A stretch of 14,986 nt of DNA from an uncultured Deferribacteres bacterium (GTDB lineage Bacteria; Zhuqueibacterota; Zhuqueibacteria; Zhuqueibacterales; Geothermadaptataceae). A model generated the notes under the pieces. That model saw only the letters and a list, made by a program, of their open reading frames with translations. It did not search any database and was not told where the DNA came from. The position numbers and the translations under genes are program-made. The stretch is taken from assembly GCA_964014485.1 (NCBI GenBank), contig CAXHAT010000192.1:1-14986 (forward strand). Reading direction: 5' to 3'. This document shows, piece after piece, positions 7,387 through 14,986 of the stretch; position 1 is the first letter of the stretch, and every line of letters starts with the position of its first letter.

Positions 7387-8669
7387 TAGGACAGCCAATC
7401 GCAGAGCTTTTTTACGCCTGCCAGCGTATCGCCGCAAAATTCTTCCAAAAATTGATCATTGATCTGATCTGTAGAGGCAAGTCTCTCCGCAGCTTCCAGG
7501 GCTTTCCCGCCGTCGAAATTGACATAGGCGAGGCGGGTCGTCAGTTCTTCAGCGGGCCTGCCAAAATCTATGCCGGGGAGCAGAGCAACGCCGGTTTCTT
7601 CCAGCAAGGCTTGACAAAATTCCACGCTGTTCGTGATCCCTCGACGCGCGAACTTTTCTTTCAGCGGACTGAAATCAGGAAAAAGATAAAACGCCCCGTC
7701 AGGACGAACCACGGAAACGCCGAAATCGCGCAACAGGCTGGCGGCGCGATTTCCAAGCGCTTGAAGAATGCGCCGGGAATTGGTCAGATAACTTTCAATT
7801 TCAGCGCCGTTTGCAAACGCCGTCACCGCGGCGAATTGCACCGGGGCGCTTGCCGTTGAAAACGTCTCGCTCCCGACCACGCCCATCGCTTTTCGAATCC
7901 ATTGCATTTGCGGCGGAACGGCGAATGTCCCCAGACGCCAACCGCCAGCGCCGCACCACTTGCTCAATCCGCTGCTGACAATCGTCCCCTCAGGATAAAA
8001 CCGCCCGATTGAAACGTGCTCGCCTCGATGATGCAATTCTCCATAAATTTCATCAGACAAAATGATGACTTTGTGCTTTCGCGCGATTTCCGCCAATTCT
8101 GCAAGTTGGTCGGCAGTGTAAGTTCCGCCGGTTGGGTTGCCCGGGCAATTTAAAATGAGCAGACGACGAGCAGACGGCGCTTTTTCACAATGCTGCGCAA
8201 GCGTCTCCGGCGTTAAGCGCCAATCGTCTGAAAAGGAGGCGTTGAGCCATTTTGTATCCCGGCCAATCATGGCGGCTTGCGGCGCATAAGAAACCCAACT
8301 TGGCGCGGGTAGAAGGAGCTCGCTTTCATACACAAGCTGCAAGATAAACATCAATTCTTTCGACCCAGGGCCGATGAAAACATCATCTTTGCTGAAATGC
8401 AGGCCGTGCTTGCGTGCATGAAATTCTGCGACGGCTGCGCGCAATTCACCGAGTCCTTCGACCGGCAAATAATCCTTGCACGCAGCATTTTCGCGCAACG
8501 ATTGGACAACGGTTTGAGGAACGGGAAAAGGAGATTGGCCAAAGCCGAAGCGGAATATTTTTTTACCCCCGCGAGACAATTCCCGCGACTGCTCGTTGAT
8601 CGCGAGAGTGGCGGATTTTTTTAAACCCTGAATGTTTGGATTAACGCCAGCGGATTGGTTCGAATTCAT
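7386..8669 (-). CDS. PLP-dependent aminotransferase class I/II (aspartate aminotransferase-like), about 427 aa
   Basis: Motifs GPGSKE, PSWVSY, NCPGNPTG, SDEIY, SGLSKWCGAGGWRLG (PLP lysine), GAFYLF. Start ATG 8669 with upstream GAGG preferred to TTG 8711. Confidence 0.94.
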   Translation of the reverse strand: MNSNQSAGVNPNIQGLKKSATLAINEQSRELSRGGKKIFRFGFGQSPFPVPQTVVQSLRENAACKDYLPVEGLGELRAAVAEFHARKHGLHFSKDDVFIGPGSKELMFILQLVYESELLLPAPSWVSYAPQAAMIGRDTKWLNASFSDDWRLTPETLAQHCEKAPSARRLLILNCPGNPTGGTYTADQLAELAEIARKHKVIILSDEIYGELHHRGEHVSIGRFYPEGTIVSSGLSKWCGAGGWRLGTFAVPPQMQWIRKAMGVVGSETFSTASAPVQFAAVTAFANGAEIESYLTNSRRILQALGNRAASLLRDFGVSVVRPDGAFYLFPDFSPLKEKFARRGITNSVEFCQALLEETGVALLPGIDFGRPAEELTTRLAYVNFDGGKALEAAERLASTDQINDQFLEEFCGDTLAGVKKLCDWLS

Positions 8670-8813
8670 CTTGCCGACCTCATTGATTTGCGCTTCTTTT
8701 TTACGGCTCAAAGTCCGCCGCAGCGCACCTCAAGCCCTTGCGATCAAGCGGAAATATAAAGCGTATCAACGGCGGGCAAGGCAAATTCGAACCATTCGCA
8801 GCGTTTGGAAATT

Positions 8814-10523
8814 CTACGGATCGATTTTTCCGGAGACGATGAACATTCTGCCCGAGCGCGTCCCTTTGATTGCGCTCCACGCCGAGGTGATCAGGTAATC
8901 GATTGTTCCGTCGCCGTCAACGTCGCCCATGCCGGTGGTGTCGAAGCCGAACGTTTCTCCGGGGACTTTTCCGGTCAGCGTGTGCATCAGAGAACCGTCT
9001 TTGCCGGAATAGAGGTAGCATTTTCCGCCGGAAGGCGCGGCGCTCGCTTGCTGCCATGCGCCGATCAACATGTCGGCATAGCCGTCGCCGTTCACATCTC
9101 CAGCGTCAGACACGCCGATGCCAAAACCGTCGCCCGCCGCCTCGCCGGTGAAAGCGTAGATTCGTTCGCCGGTTGCCCCTGAGTGAATGTATGCGCGCCC
9201 GGTTGAGCGGCCAAGTGCATTGTTTGCCCAGTCGGAAGCGTAGACGTCCGGCGTTTTGTCGCCGTCAACGTCGCCGAGAACGGAGACGAACATGCCGCCT
9301 AAATTTGCGCCGGTAGCATCCGCTTCGATGATAAAATCGGCTTTTTCTTTTACGCCTTTGTGAACATAAACGCGCCCCGCGCCGTTGGGGCCGGAAGCGC
9401 CGGCGCCGATGATGATAAATTTTTGACCGTTTTTGCTCCAGCCGCCGGTGGTGCTGCCCAATCCGGCGCCTTGAGATTCGCCGTTAATTTTGAGCATGAG
9501 CGAGCCGTCCTTACCGGAATAAATATACGCAGCGCCCGCGCCTTGGCCGTTGCCGCCGTGGCTTGCCGCGCCAACGATCACGTCGTCATAACCGTCGCCG
9601 TTTTGATCGCCCAGATCGGCGACTGAACCGCCGAAAGCGTCCCCGGCCTTTTCGCCTTTTAGGGTGAGAAGAATTTCGCCGTCATTGCCTGAGTAAACAA
9701 ACGCCGATTCTGCGCTTGGCGCGCCGGCAATAACGTCTGGCACGCCGTCATTGTTGACGTCGCCCGCCGCTTCGATTCCCATGCCGAGCCTTCCGCCCGC
9801 CGGGCCGGTTTTTTCCCAAATCAATTTGCCGGATTTTCCGGAATAGACGTAGATTTTTCCCGCCGCCTGGCCGCCTTCATTATTTGTCGGCGCGGAAGTC
9901 GTCACGTCGGCCACGCCGTCCTTGTCCACGTCGCCGATGTTGCGCGCAATCCATCCGTACTGATCGCCCGGTGCTTCGCCATGCCAGTCATGAATAATCT
10001 TCACTTTTTCCACGAATGGATCGGCGAATTCCGCCTTCGTCGGGAACAATTTTTTGTAGCGCGGATCGTTTTGCAATTTCGCTGCGCTTGGGGAAATTCC
10101 GATGTTCGTCATGTTGACCTGATTGGTTTCCTTTGCCTTAAAAAGCCATTCGAAAGCCTGATCCAGATCGCCGCGCATCGCGTAAGCCGTTCCCAAATTG
10201 AACATGCCTTGCGGTGCGCTTTGCGGCAATTCCAAAGTTTTTTCGTACGCGCCAATCGCTTTTTCCAAATCTCCTTTTGAAGCATAAGCGCGCCCCAAAA
10301 GCGTCCAGGCTTGCGCGTTACCGGGCGTCGCAGCCACGACCGAGTCAAGTATGGCGATGGCGCCTTCGTAATTTTGCGCTCCGAATTGCGCGAATGCACG
10401 CTGCATTTGAGCGGCGGACGGCGCCTGCGCCCAACCTTCAACCACGAGCGCTGAAAAAAGAAGGCCGGCGAATAGCCCTTTCAAAAGTCTTTGTGAATTG
10501 TGAATTGTAAAAACGTTTCTCAT
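8814..10523 (-). CDS. Secreted TPR + FG-GAP (integrin-alpha-like) beta-propeller protein, 569 aa
   Basis: ATG 10523 preceded by AAGGAGTAGAGG. Signal peptide ending GWA|Q. About three TPRs (AWTLLGRAYASKGDLEKAIGAYEK, MFNLGTAYAMRGDLDQAFEW). Seven FG-GAP repeats, most with a GD(V/Q)(D/N)xDG loop and most ending in a hydrophobic strand followed by SG. Confidence 0.92.
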   Translation of the reverse strand: MRNVFTIHNSQRLLKGLFAGLLFSALVVEGWAQAPSAAQMQRAFAQFGAQNYEGAIAILDSVVAATPGNAQAWTLLGRAYASKGDLEKAIGAYEKTLELPQSAPQGMFNLGTAYAMRGDLDQAFEWLFKAKETNQVNMTNIGISPSAAKLQNDPRYKKLFPTKAEFADPFVEKVKIIHDWHGEAPGDQYGWIARNIGDVDKDGVADVTTSAPTNNEGGQAAGKIYVYSGKSGKLIWEKTGPAGGRLGMGIEAAGDVNNDGVPDVIAGAPSAESAFVYSGNDGEILLTLKGEKAGDAFGGSVADLGDQNGDGYDDVIVGAASHGGNGQGAGAAYIYSGKDGSLMLKINGESQGAGLGSTTGGWSKNGQKFIIIGAGASGPNGAGRVYVHKGVKEKADFIIEADATGANLGGMFVSVLGDVDGDKTPDVYASDWANNALGRSTGRAYIHSGATGERIYAFTGEAAGDGFGIGVSDAGDVNGDGYADMLIGAWQQASAAPSGGKCYLYSGKDGSLMHTLTGKVPGETFGFDTTGMGDVDGDGTIDYLITSAWSAIKGTRSGRMFIVSGKIDP

Positions 10524-10718
10524 AACCTCTACTCCTTGAAACTTGAAGAGAACAACAATTGCATAGAGCTTTTTGTACAATTGCCGGTATGGTCGGTTCC
10601 AAAGACAAAAAATCGAAAGCGGCGTTGTTTGGAAAATGGAGTGAGGTCGTAAACTCGGCTGGGAATCCAAAACGACTTTTAAGTTTTGGACAAAGGCTTT
10701 TCGGGAAGGCGCTGAAAT

Positions 10719-11357
10719 TCAGCTTTGCTCAACTGTCAGATGCGCAAACTTGAGCCCGTCGCCTTTCTCTGCTTGCGGGAGCAAGTGATGCACATATTTG
10801 CCCAGCATGTCAGCTTCGAGATTGACGGCGTCCCCTGGTTTCAGCGCACCAAGCGTCGTTACGGCGAGGGTGTGCGGGATTAAGGCGATGCTGATTTGGC
10901 TGTTTTGCAAAGAAGCGATCGTCAGGCTGACGCCGTTGACCGTGATCGAGCCTTTTGGTATGGCGTACTTTGTGATTTCTTGCGGCGCGCGCAAAGTCAG
11001 CAGTTTGCCGCCTTGCTGGTTTTGCCATGCCGCCACTTTCCCGACGCCGTCAACGTGGCCTTGAACAAAATGTCCGCCCAAACGATCCCCCGCCCTTAGC
11101 GCCCGCTCCAGATTGACTTTTTGCCGAAGCTTCAAGGCGCCGAGGGTTGTTTTTTTGAGGGTCTCTTCAACAGCTTCAACGGAAAAAGAATGACTGTCGC
11201 GCGAAACGACCGTCAGGCACACGCCGTCGACGGAGACGCTGTCATCAATTTTCAGATCGTCCATGATTTTGGACGCTGAAATCGTGAGCTTTTGCGCGCC
11301 GCGGCTCCGACTGATATTCGCGATTTCCCCCATTTCTTCGATAAGTCCGGTAAACAT
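10719..11357 (-). CDS. ribE: Riboflavin synthase (alpha chain; ribC in E. coli nomenclature)
   Basis: N-terminal MFTGL, DSVSVDGVCLTV, VNLERAL, GGHFVQGHVDG, KGSITVNGVSLT, LIPHT, VNLEADMLGKY. Two-repeat lumazine-binding architecture, 212 aa. Confidence 0.97.
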   Translation of the reverse strand: MFTGLIEEMGEIANISRSRGAQKLTISASKIMDDLKIDDSVSVDGVCLTVVSRDSHSFSVEAVEETLKKTTLGALKLRQKVNLERALRAGDRLGGHFVQGHVDGVGKVAAWQNQQGGKLLTLRAPQEITKYAIPKGSITVNGVSLTIASLQNSQISIALIPHTLAVTTLGALKPGDAVNLEADMLGKYVHHLLPQAEKGDGLKFAHLTVEQS

Positions 11358-11418
11358 TGCGATTGCCTTGAGTATTATCGGTATAAGCTTTCGCCCAAGA
11401 TCAAAAAGTAATCGTCAA

Positions 11419-11451
11419 AACCCTGGCAGGGTTCCGAACCCTGCCAGGGTT
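11419..11451. repeat. Perfect 15-bp inverted repeat with nested palindromes; REP-like and possible terminator
   Basis: AACCCTGGCAGGGTT-CCG-AACCCTGCCAGGGTT. Each arm is itself AACCCT-N3-AGGGTT. It lies about 33 nt past the stop at 11485 and ends in TTTT on the minus strand. Confidence 0.8.
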
Positions 11452-11484
11452 AAGGCTACTCGAAATGAAAAATGAACTGTGCCA

Positions 11485-14400
11485 TTATCGCTTCATCACA
11501 AATGCGTCAAAACTCATCAATGTATTTGCCACCATTGTTTGGGCGGCGATTTGAACATTGTCGAGCTCGGAACTATGGGCGAACTCGCCGACTTTGAGAA
11601 GTTCGCGCACCGCCGAGCTGTCGGATTCAAAAGTTTGCCGTTCATTTTCATAGAGTTCTTGCAGTATTTGAATTTCCCGCTCCGAAGGCTCGCGACCAGC
11701 CGTAAGCTTAAACCCAAAAGCGATTTGCTCTTCCGGTTTTTCTCCGCCTTCTTTCAGCATTCGCTCCGCAAGAATGCGCGCGGCTTCTACATATTGCGGA
11801 TCGTTGAGCAGAACCAGCGCTTGCAGCGGCGTGCTGGTTTTTTGCCTTTTTACCGTACACAAATTTCTCTCCGAGGCATCAAAGCTGATCATGGACGGCG
11901 GCGGCGAGCTGCGCTTCCAGATGGTGTACATGCTGCGGCGGTAGAGTTTTTCGCCGGAATCCTGTTCATAGTTCGTGGCGTTCCGGGTTGCGGTTTCCTT
12001 CCAAAGACCGTCCGGCTGGTATGGTTTTACGCTCGGCCCGCCGATATTCGGGACAAGGAGCCCGCTGACGGCAAGAGCGTTGTCTCGAACCATCTCCGCA
12101 GGCAGACGGTAACTTGGCCCGCGCGCCAAAAGGCGGTTTTCCGGGTCTTTTTCCAAAAGCGCGTCCGAGGCTTCAGACGCTTGCCGGTATGTCGCCGAAC
12201 TCAAAATCAGCTTGTGCAGCGCCTTGACGTCCCACTCTGATTCGACAAAATGCACAGCCAGCCAATCGAGTAATTCCGGATGCGAAGGCAATGCGCCCTG
12301 ATTGCCAAAATCGTCCGCCGTATCCACGAGACCGCGTCCGAAATGCATCTGCCAGATGCGATTGACAATCACGCGCGCCGTCATTGGGTGTTCCGGATTG
12401 GTGAGCCACTTGGCGAGACCGAGTCGGTTTCTCGGCAGGTCCTCCGGCAGTCCGCCCAAAGCGGCGGGCGTTCCGGCTGTGACTTCTTGCGTCGGCGCGT
12501 CATATTGGCCGCGATGTAAAATGTGCGTTTTGCGCGGATGAGCGCGGTCTTTCATCACCATCACTTCCAGACGAACGCTCAGAAAAGCGTTTTCTTCACC
12601 TCGCAGCTTCGTGAGAGAATCAAGCATCGCCTGGCGCATCGTGTCGACGCGCGAAAGATAATATTCGCGCAAAGCTTCGCGGCCTTGATTCTCGTTGTTT
12701 AAAGTCTCGGCCGTCATTGCGTCGAAGTTGATCTCTTTTTCGGCAAGCCTGGCGATTTCCAAAGATGTCAAGCGGCGGCCATAAATACGAAAATCATCAA
12801 GTGCGGCGTTATCTAACGTTTGTTCGCCCAAGCGGCCTAAACGAACGTTGACGTTGCCCATCCAGTTGAGTTTTTTGGGACCGTAACTTAAAGTGCTGCG
12901 CCAAAGATGGTCGGCTTCAGTCTCGGTCGCCATCAACGCGCCGTTCAAATAAACATTCAATCCTTTCGCACGGCTTGAACCGTCATAAGTAAGAACCACA
13001 TTCGCCCAGTTCCGCTGTGGAATTGCCGTTTTGGTGGTCTTGGCGATTGCATTGTCCGGAGCGTTGTGATTCAGGCTGAAAAATAATCGCCCCTCCTTGC
13101 GCAGTTCCAAAGTATAGCCGCGATTACCGTCGAACAAGCCGCCAGTTTTTGTCACCAGCGGGCCTTCAACACTGTCCGCCAAAGTTTTCAGCCAGATTGA
13201 GAGCGTGAACGGCTCGTTACGCTCAAAATAACCGACCGTACTGTTCAAGTCGATGTGCCCGTCGCCGACGAATTCCAAGGCGCCGCCGTGTTTACCGGCT
13301 GTTGCAATTGGGTGGTCTTTTTGCAAGCCTTGCACCCTGGCGGGCTTCTCAGAATCGAACGAATTGGCGGCGATATTTTGCTTTGGGCGACTGCCTTTTT
13401 CATCTTTTGCCTCAATTGTGGCGACGCTGTCCAGCGGCAAATGTGCAAGCAGGCCGGAAACGTCGAAGTCACCGCTGTCCGGTGCATTTTCTAATTGGTT
13501 CAGCCATTGATTAAACCCTTCGTCAAAATTCGCCGGCGCAATTTGTTCTTCCAGCGCCGCCACTTTTTCCCGAATTCCAGCGAGCGTGTCTTTTTCCGCT
13601 TCATTTAACAAAATCAAGGTTGGACTTGCTTCGCCAACGTACGGCGCAACGCCTGACTCGTTGACCTGATTGAAGAACGCGAAGAGCTGAAAATACTCTT
13701 CCTGCGAAATCGGATCATACTTGTGGTCGTGACAGCGCGCGCACTCCATCGTGACCCCGAGAAAGGCCTTGCCAAACGTGTTGACGCGATCCGCCACATA
13801 CTCGGTGCGGTATTCTTCTTCGACGATGCCGCCTTCCTGGCTTTGCATGTGGTTGCGGTTAAAGCCGGTCGCCAAAATTTGTTCGTCCGTTGGATTTTCA
13901 AGCAGATCGCCGGCGAGCTGCCACGTAATGAAATCGTCGAACGGCAAATTTTGATTAAATTTTTCGATCACCCAATCGCGCCAAGGCCACATGTTACGAA
14001 AGCCGTCATCTTGATAACCGTGCGAATCGGCATAACGCGCAGCGTCGAGCCATTCCACCGCCATGCGCTCGCCGTAGTGCGGCGATTCCAGCAAGCGATC
14101 AATGACTTTTTCGTGAGCATTTTCAGATTCATCGGTGAGAAAGACGTCGATTTCTTCAATTGTCGGCGGCAGGCCGGTGAGATCGAAAGTAACGCGTCGC
14201 AACCATGTCTCGCGTTGAGTCGGGACGGTGGGGGAGAGATTTTCCTGTTCTAGCTTGGCCAAGATGAAACGGTCAATTTCGTTGCTCGGCCAATCTTCCG
14301 CCTGAACTTCCGGCAATTCAGGCTTTTCCGGCGGGATAAACGCCCAGTGCGGCTGGTATTCCGCGCCCTGTTCGATCCAGCGAGCAAGCAGTGCGATTTC

Positions 14401-14946
14401 TCGTTCATCCAACGACAGGTTCGATTCCGGCGGCGGCATTTGCATTTCCGGATCATCGGAAGAGATGCGATGAACCAATTGGCTTTGTTCGCGATCACCC
14501 GGAACGATGGCAAAGCGATCATTGTTTTTTCCCAACGCGGCGTAGGCGTTTTCCGCCAGGTCCAGCCTCAAATTCGCCTTACGCGCATTTTCATCCGGAC
14601 CGTGACAGGTGAAGCAGCGATCCGAGAGAATCGGTTTGACGTGGTAACGAAAATCGGCTTTTTCGGGCAGATTGAACGCCGTTTCTTGATTTGCCGATTC
14701 TTTTTCTAGCGCACAGTTCTGGAGAAAAGGAAAAGATAAAAAAACGAGATATTTAATAATGCGACAGAATGAGAATGCGGCTTTCGAATTTTTCGCGAAG
14801 CTAAGCCAATTCTCCCTTTGAAGGGGGTTGGGGGAACGTTTTGCAGATGCACGCTTCTTTTCGAAGGTGCGAAACGTTCCCGACGCATCCCTTTCGCTTT
14901 TAAGGACAGGTTTTTCCTTTTTACTCGAAAACGCCGCTTTTGTCAT
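11485..14946 (-). CDS. Planctomycete-type cytochrome c domain protein (PSCyt1 + DUF1549/PSCyt2 + LamG/ConA-like insert + DUF1553/PSD1); 5' end uncertain
   Basis: Heme motifs CFTCH (14602-14616) and CARCH (13729-13743). Motifs VKPILSDRC, HWAFIPP, LRRVTFDLTGLPPT, WLDAARYADSHG, TARVIVNRIWQMHFGRGLV, PSHPELLDWLA, YRRSMYTIWKRS, TPLQALVLLND. Central beta-sandwich (FTLSIWLK...VVLTYDGS...VYLNG...LDDFRIYGRRL). Lipobox-like LQNC at aa 78. The frame is open to the window edge. Confidence 0.93.
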   Translation of the reverse strand: MTKAAFSSKKEKPVLKSERDASGTFRTFEKKRASAKRSPNPLQRENWLSFAKNSKAAFSFCRIIKYLVFLSFPFLQNCALEKESANQETAFNLPEKADFRYHVKPILSDRCFTCHGPDENARKANLRLDLAENAYAALGKNNDRFAIVPGDREQSQLVHRISSDDPEMQMPPPESNLSLDEREIALLARWIEQGAEYQPHWAFIPPEKPELPEVQAEDWPSNEIDRFILAKLEQENLSPTVPTQRETWLRRVTFDLTGLPPTIEEIDVFLTDESENAHEKVIDRLLESPHYGERMAVEWLDAARYADSHGYQDDGFRNMWPWRDWVIEKFNQNLPFDDFITWQLAGDLLENPTDEQILATGFNRNHMQSQEGGIVEEEYRTEYVADRVNTFGKAFLGVTMECARCHDHKYDPISQEEYFQLFAFFNQVNESGVAPYVGEASPTLILLNEAEKDTLAGIREKVAALEEQIAPANFDEGFNQWLNQLENAPDSGDFDVSGLLAHLPLDSVATIEAKDEKGSRPKQNIAANSFDSEKPARVQGLQKDHPIATAGKHGGALEFVGDGHIDLNSTVGYFERNEPFTLSIWLKTLADSVEGPLVTKTGGLFDGNRGYTLELRKEGRLFFSLNHNAPDNAIAKTTKTAIPQRNWANVVLTYDGSSRAKGLNVYLNGALMATETEADHLWRSTLSYGPKKLNWMGNVNVRLGRLGEQTLDNAALDDFRIYGRRLTSLEIARLAEKEINFDAMTAETLNNENQGREALREYYLSRVDTMRQAMLDSLTKLRGEENAFLSVRLEVMVMKDRAHPRKTHILHRGQYDAPTQEVTAGTPAALGGLPEDLPRNRLGLAKWLTNPEHPMTARVIVNRIWQMHFGRGLVDTADDFGNQGALPSHPELLDWLAVHFVESEWDVKALHKLILSSATYRQASEASDALLEKDPENRLLARGPSYRLPAEMVRDNALAVSGLLVPNIGGPSVKPYQPDGLWKETATRNATNYEQDSGEKLYRRSMYTIWKRSSPPPSMISFDASERNLCTVKRQKTSTPLQALVLLNDPQYVEAARILAERMLKEGGEKPEEQIAFGFKLTAGREPSEREIQILQELYENERQTFESDSSAVRELLKVGEFAHSSELDNVQIAAQTMVANTLMSFDAFVMKR
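14812..14881. repeat. CTCCCTTTGAAGGGGGTTGGGGGA-type palindromic repeat with an adjoining 14-bp inverted repeat
   Basis: CTCCCTT-TG-AAGGGGG (14812-14827) followed by TTGGGGGA. GGGAACGTTTTGCA (14832-14845) pairs with TGCGAAACGTTCCC (14868-14881) with one G-T pair. Confidence 0.6.
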
Positions 14947-14968
14947 ACCCGCGCAGGCGGGTATCCAG
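14942..14968 (+). repeat. GTCA-tagged REP-like palindrome (GTCATTCCCGCGNAGGCGGGAATCCAG type)
   Basis: GTCATACCCGCGCAGGCGGGTATCCAG, with stem ATACCCGC/GCGGGTAT and loop GCAG. Same architecture as the widespread dRS3/RPE-like CGTC-family repeats. Confidence 0.85.
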
Positions 14969-14986
14969 CTTTGGGGCGCCGTTGTC

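Noticed and set aside
10524..10670. Longer N-terminus of the TPR/FG-GAP protein from TTG 10670
   Set aside because: ATG 10523 has a strong RBS and leads directly into a signal peptide.
10617..10714. Decayed look-alikes of the MITE end (GCGTTGTTTGGAAAAT near 10622, AGCGTTTGGAAAT at 8800-8812, TATTTGGAAA at 4553-4562) and an 8-bp IR at 10666-10690
   Set aside because: Too short or degenerate, with no clear partner end or target duplication. They cannot be distinguished from chance without a genome-wide profile.
11358..11484. FMN riboswitch upstream of ribE
   Set aside because: No RFN consensus segments. The only strong structure is the 33-bp palindrome.
11479..12240. 253-aa plus-strand ORF (also 13723-14253 and others) opposite the cytochrome gene
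   Set aside because: Antisense shadow ORFs of a well-conserved gene, with no motifs and Arg/Phe-rich composition.
1..14986. CRISPR array, tRNA/rRNA, integrase/transposase or defence genes
   Set aside because: No regularly spaced direct repeats, cloverleaf or rRNA-like segments, or matching protein motifs were seen. The periodic GCCGTC-rich motifs in 8900-9930 are coding FG-GAP repeats.

Overview
Bacterial genomic DNA, probably from a metagenomic contig. The first 45 nt are untrimmed Illumina Nextera adapter. The gene content (a PSCyt/PSD1 cytochrome-domain protein, a PQQ-type beta-propeller lipoprotein, an FG-GAP protein) suggests a diderm of the PVC/FCB-related lineages such as KSB1 or Calditrichota, but this is inference only. 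There are ten credible CDS. On the minus strand: a secreted hypothetical protein, a PQQ-like beta-propeller lipoprotein, a secreted EEP-family phosphoesterase, a helical hypothetical protein, a class I/II PLP aminotransferase, a TPR plus 7-blade FG-GAP protein, riboflavin synthase, and a DUF1549/DUF1553 cytochrome c protein with a LamG-like insert. On the plus strand: a DoxX protein and an SLC12/cation-chloride cotransporter homologue. I see no rRNA, tRNA, CRISPR array, transposase or defence system, and I cannot support a wholly new multi-gene system. The notable signal is non-coding. A 141-bp MITE-like element has terminal inverted repeats and a TAG duplication, and it encloses a REP-like doublet with compensatory base changes. 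An exact second copy of one of its ends lies at 331-347. Several other distinct palindromic repeat families are present, a 13-bp hairpin sequesters one ribosome-binding site, and repeats appear to be read in frame at the 5' end of the cytochrome gene.
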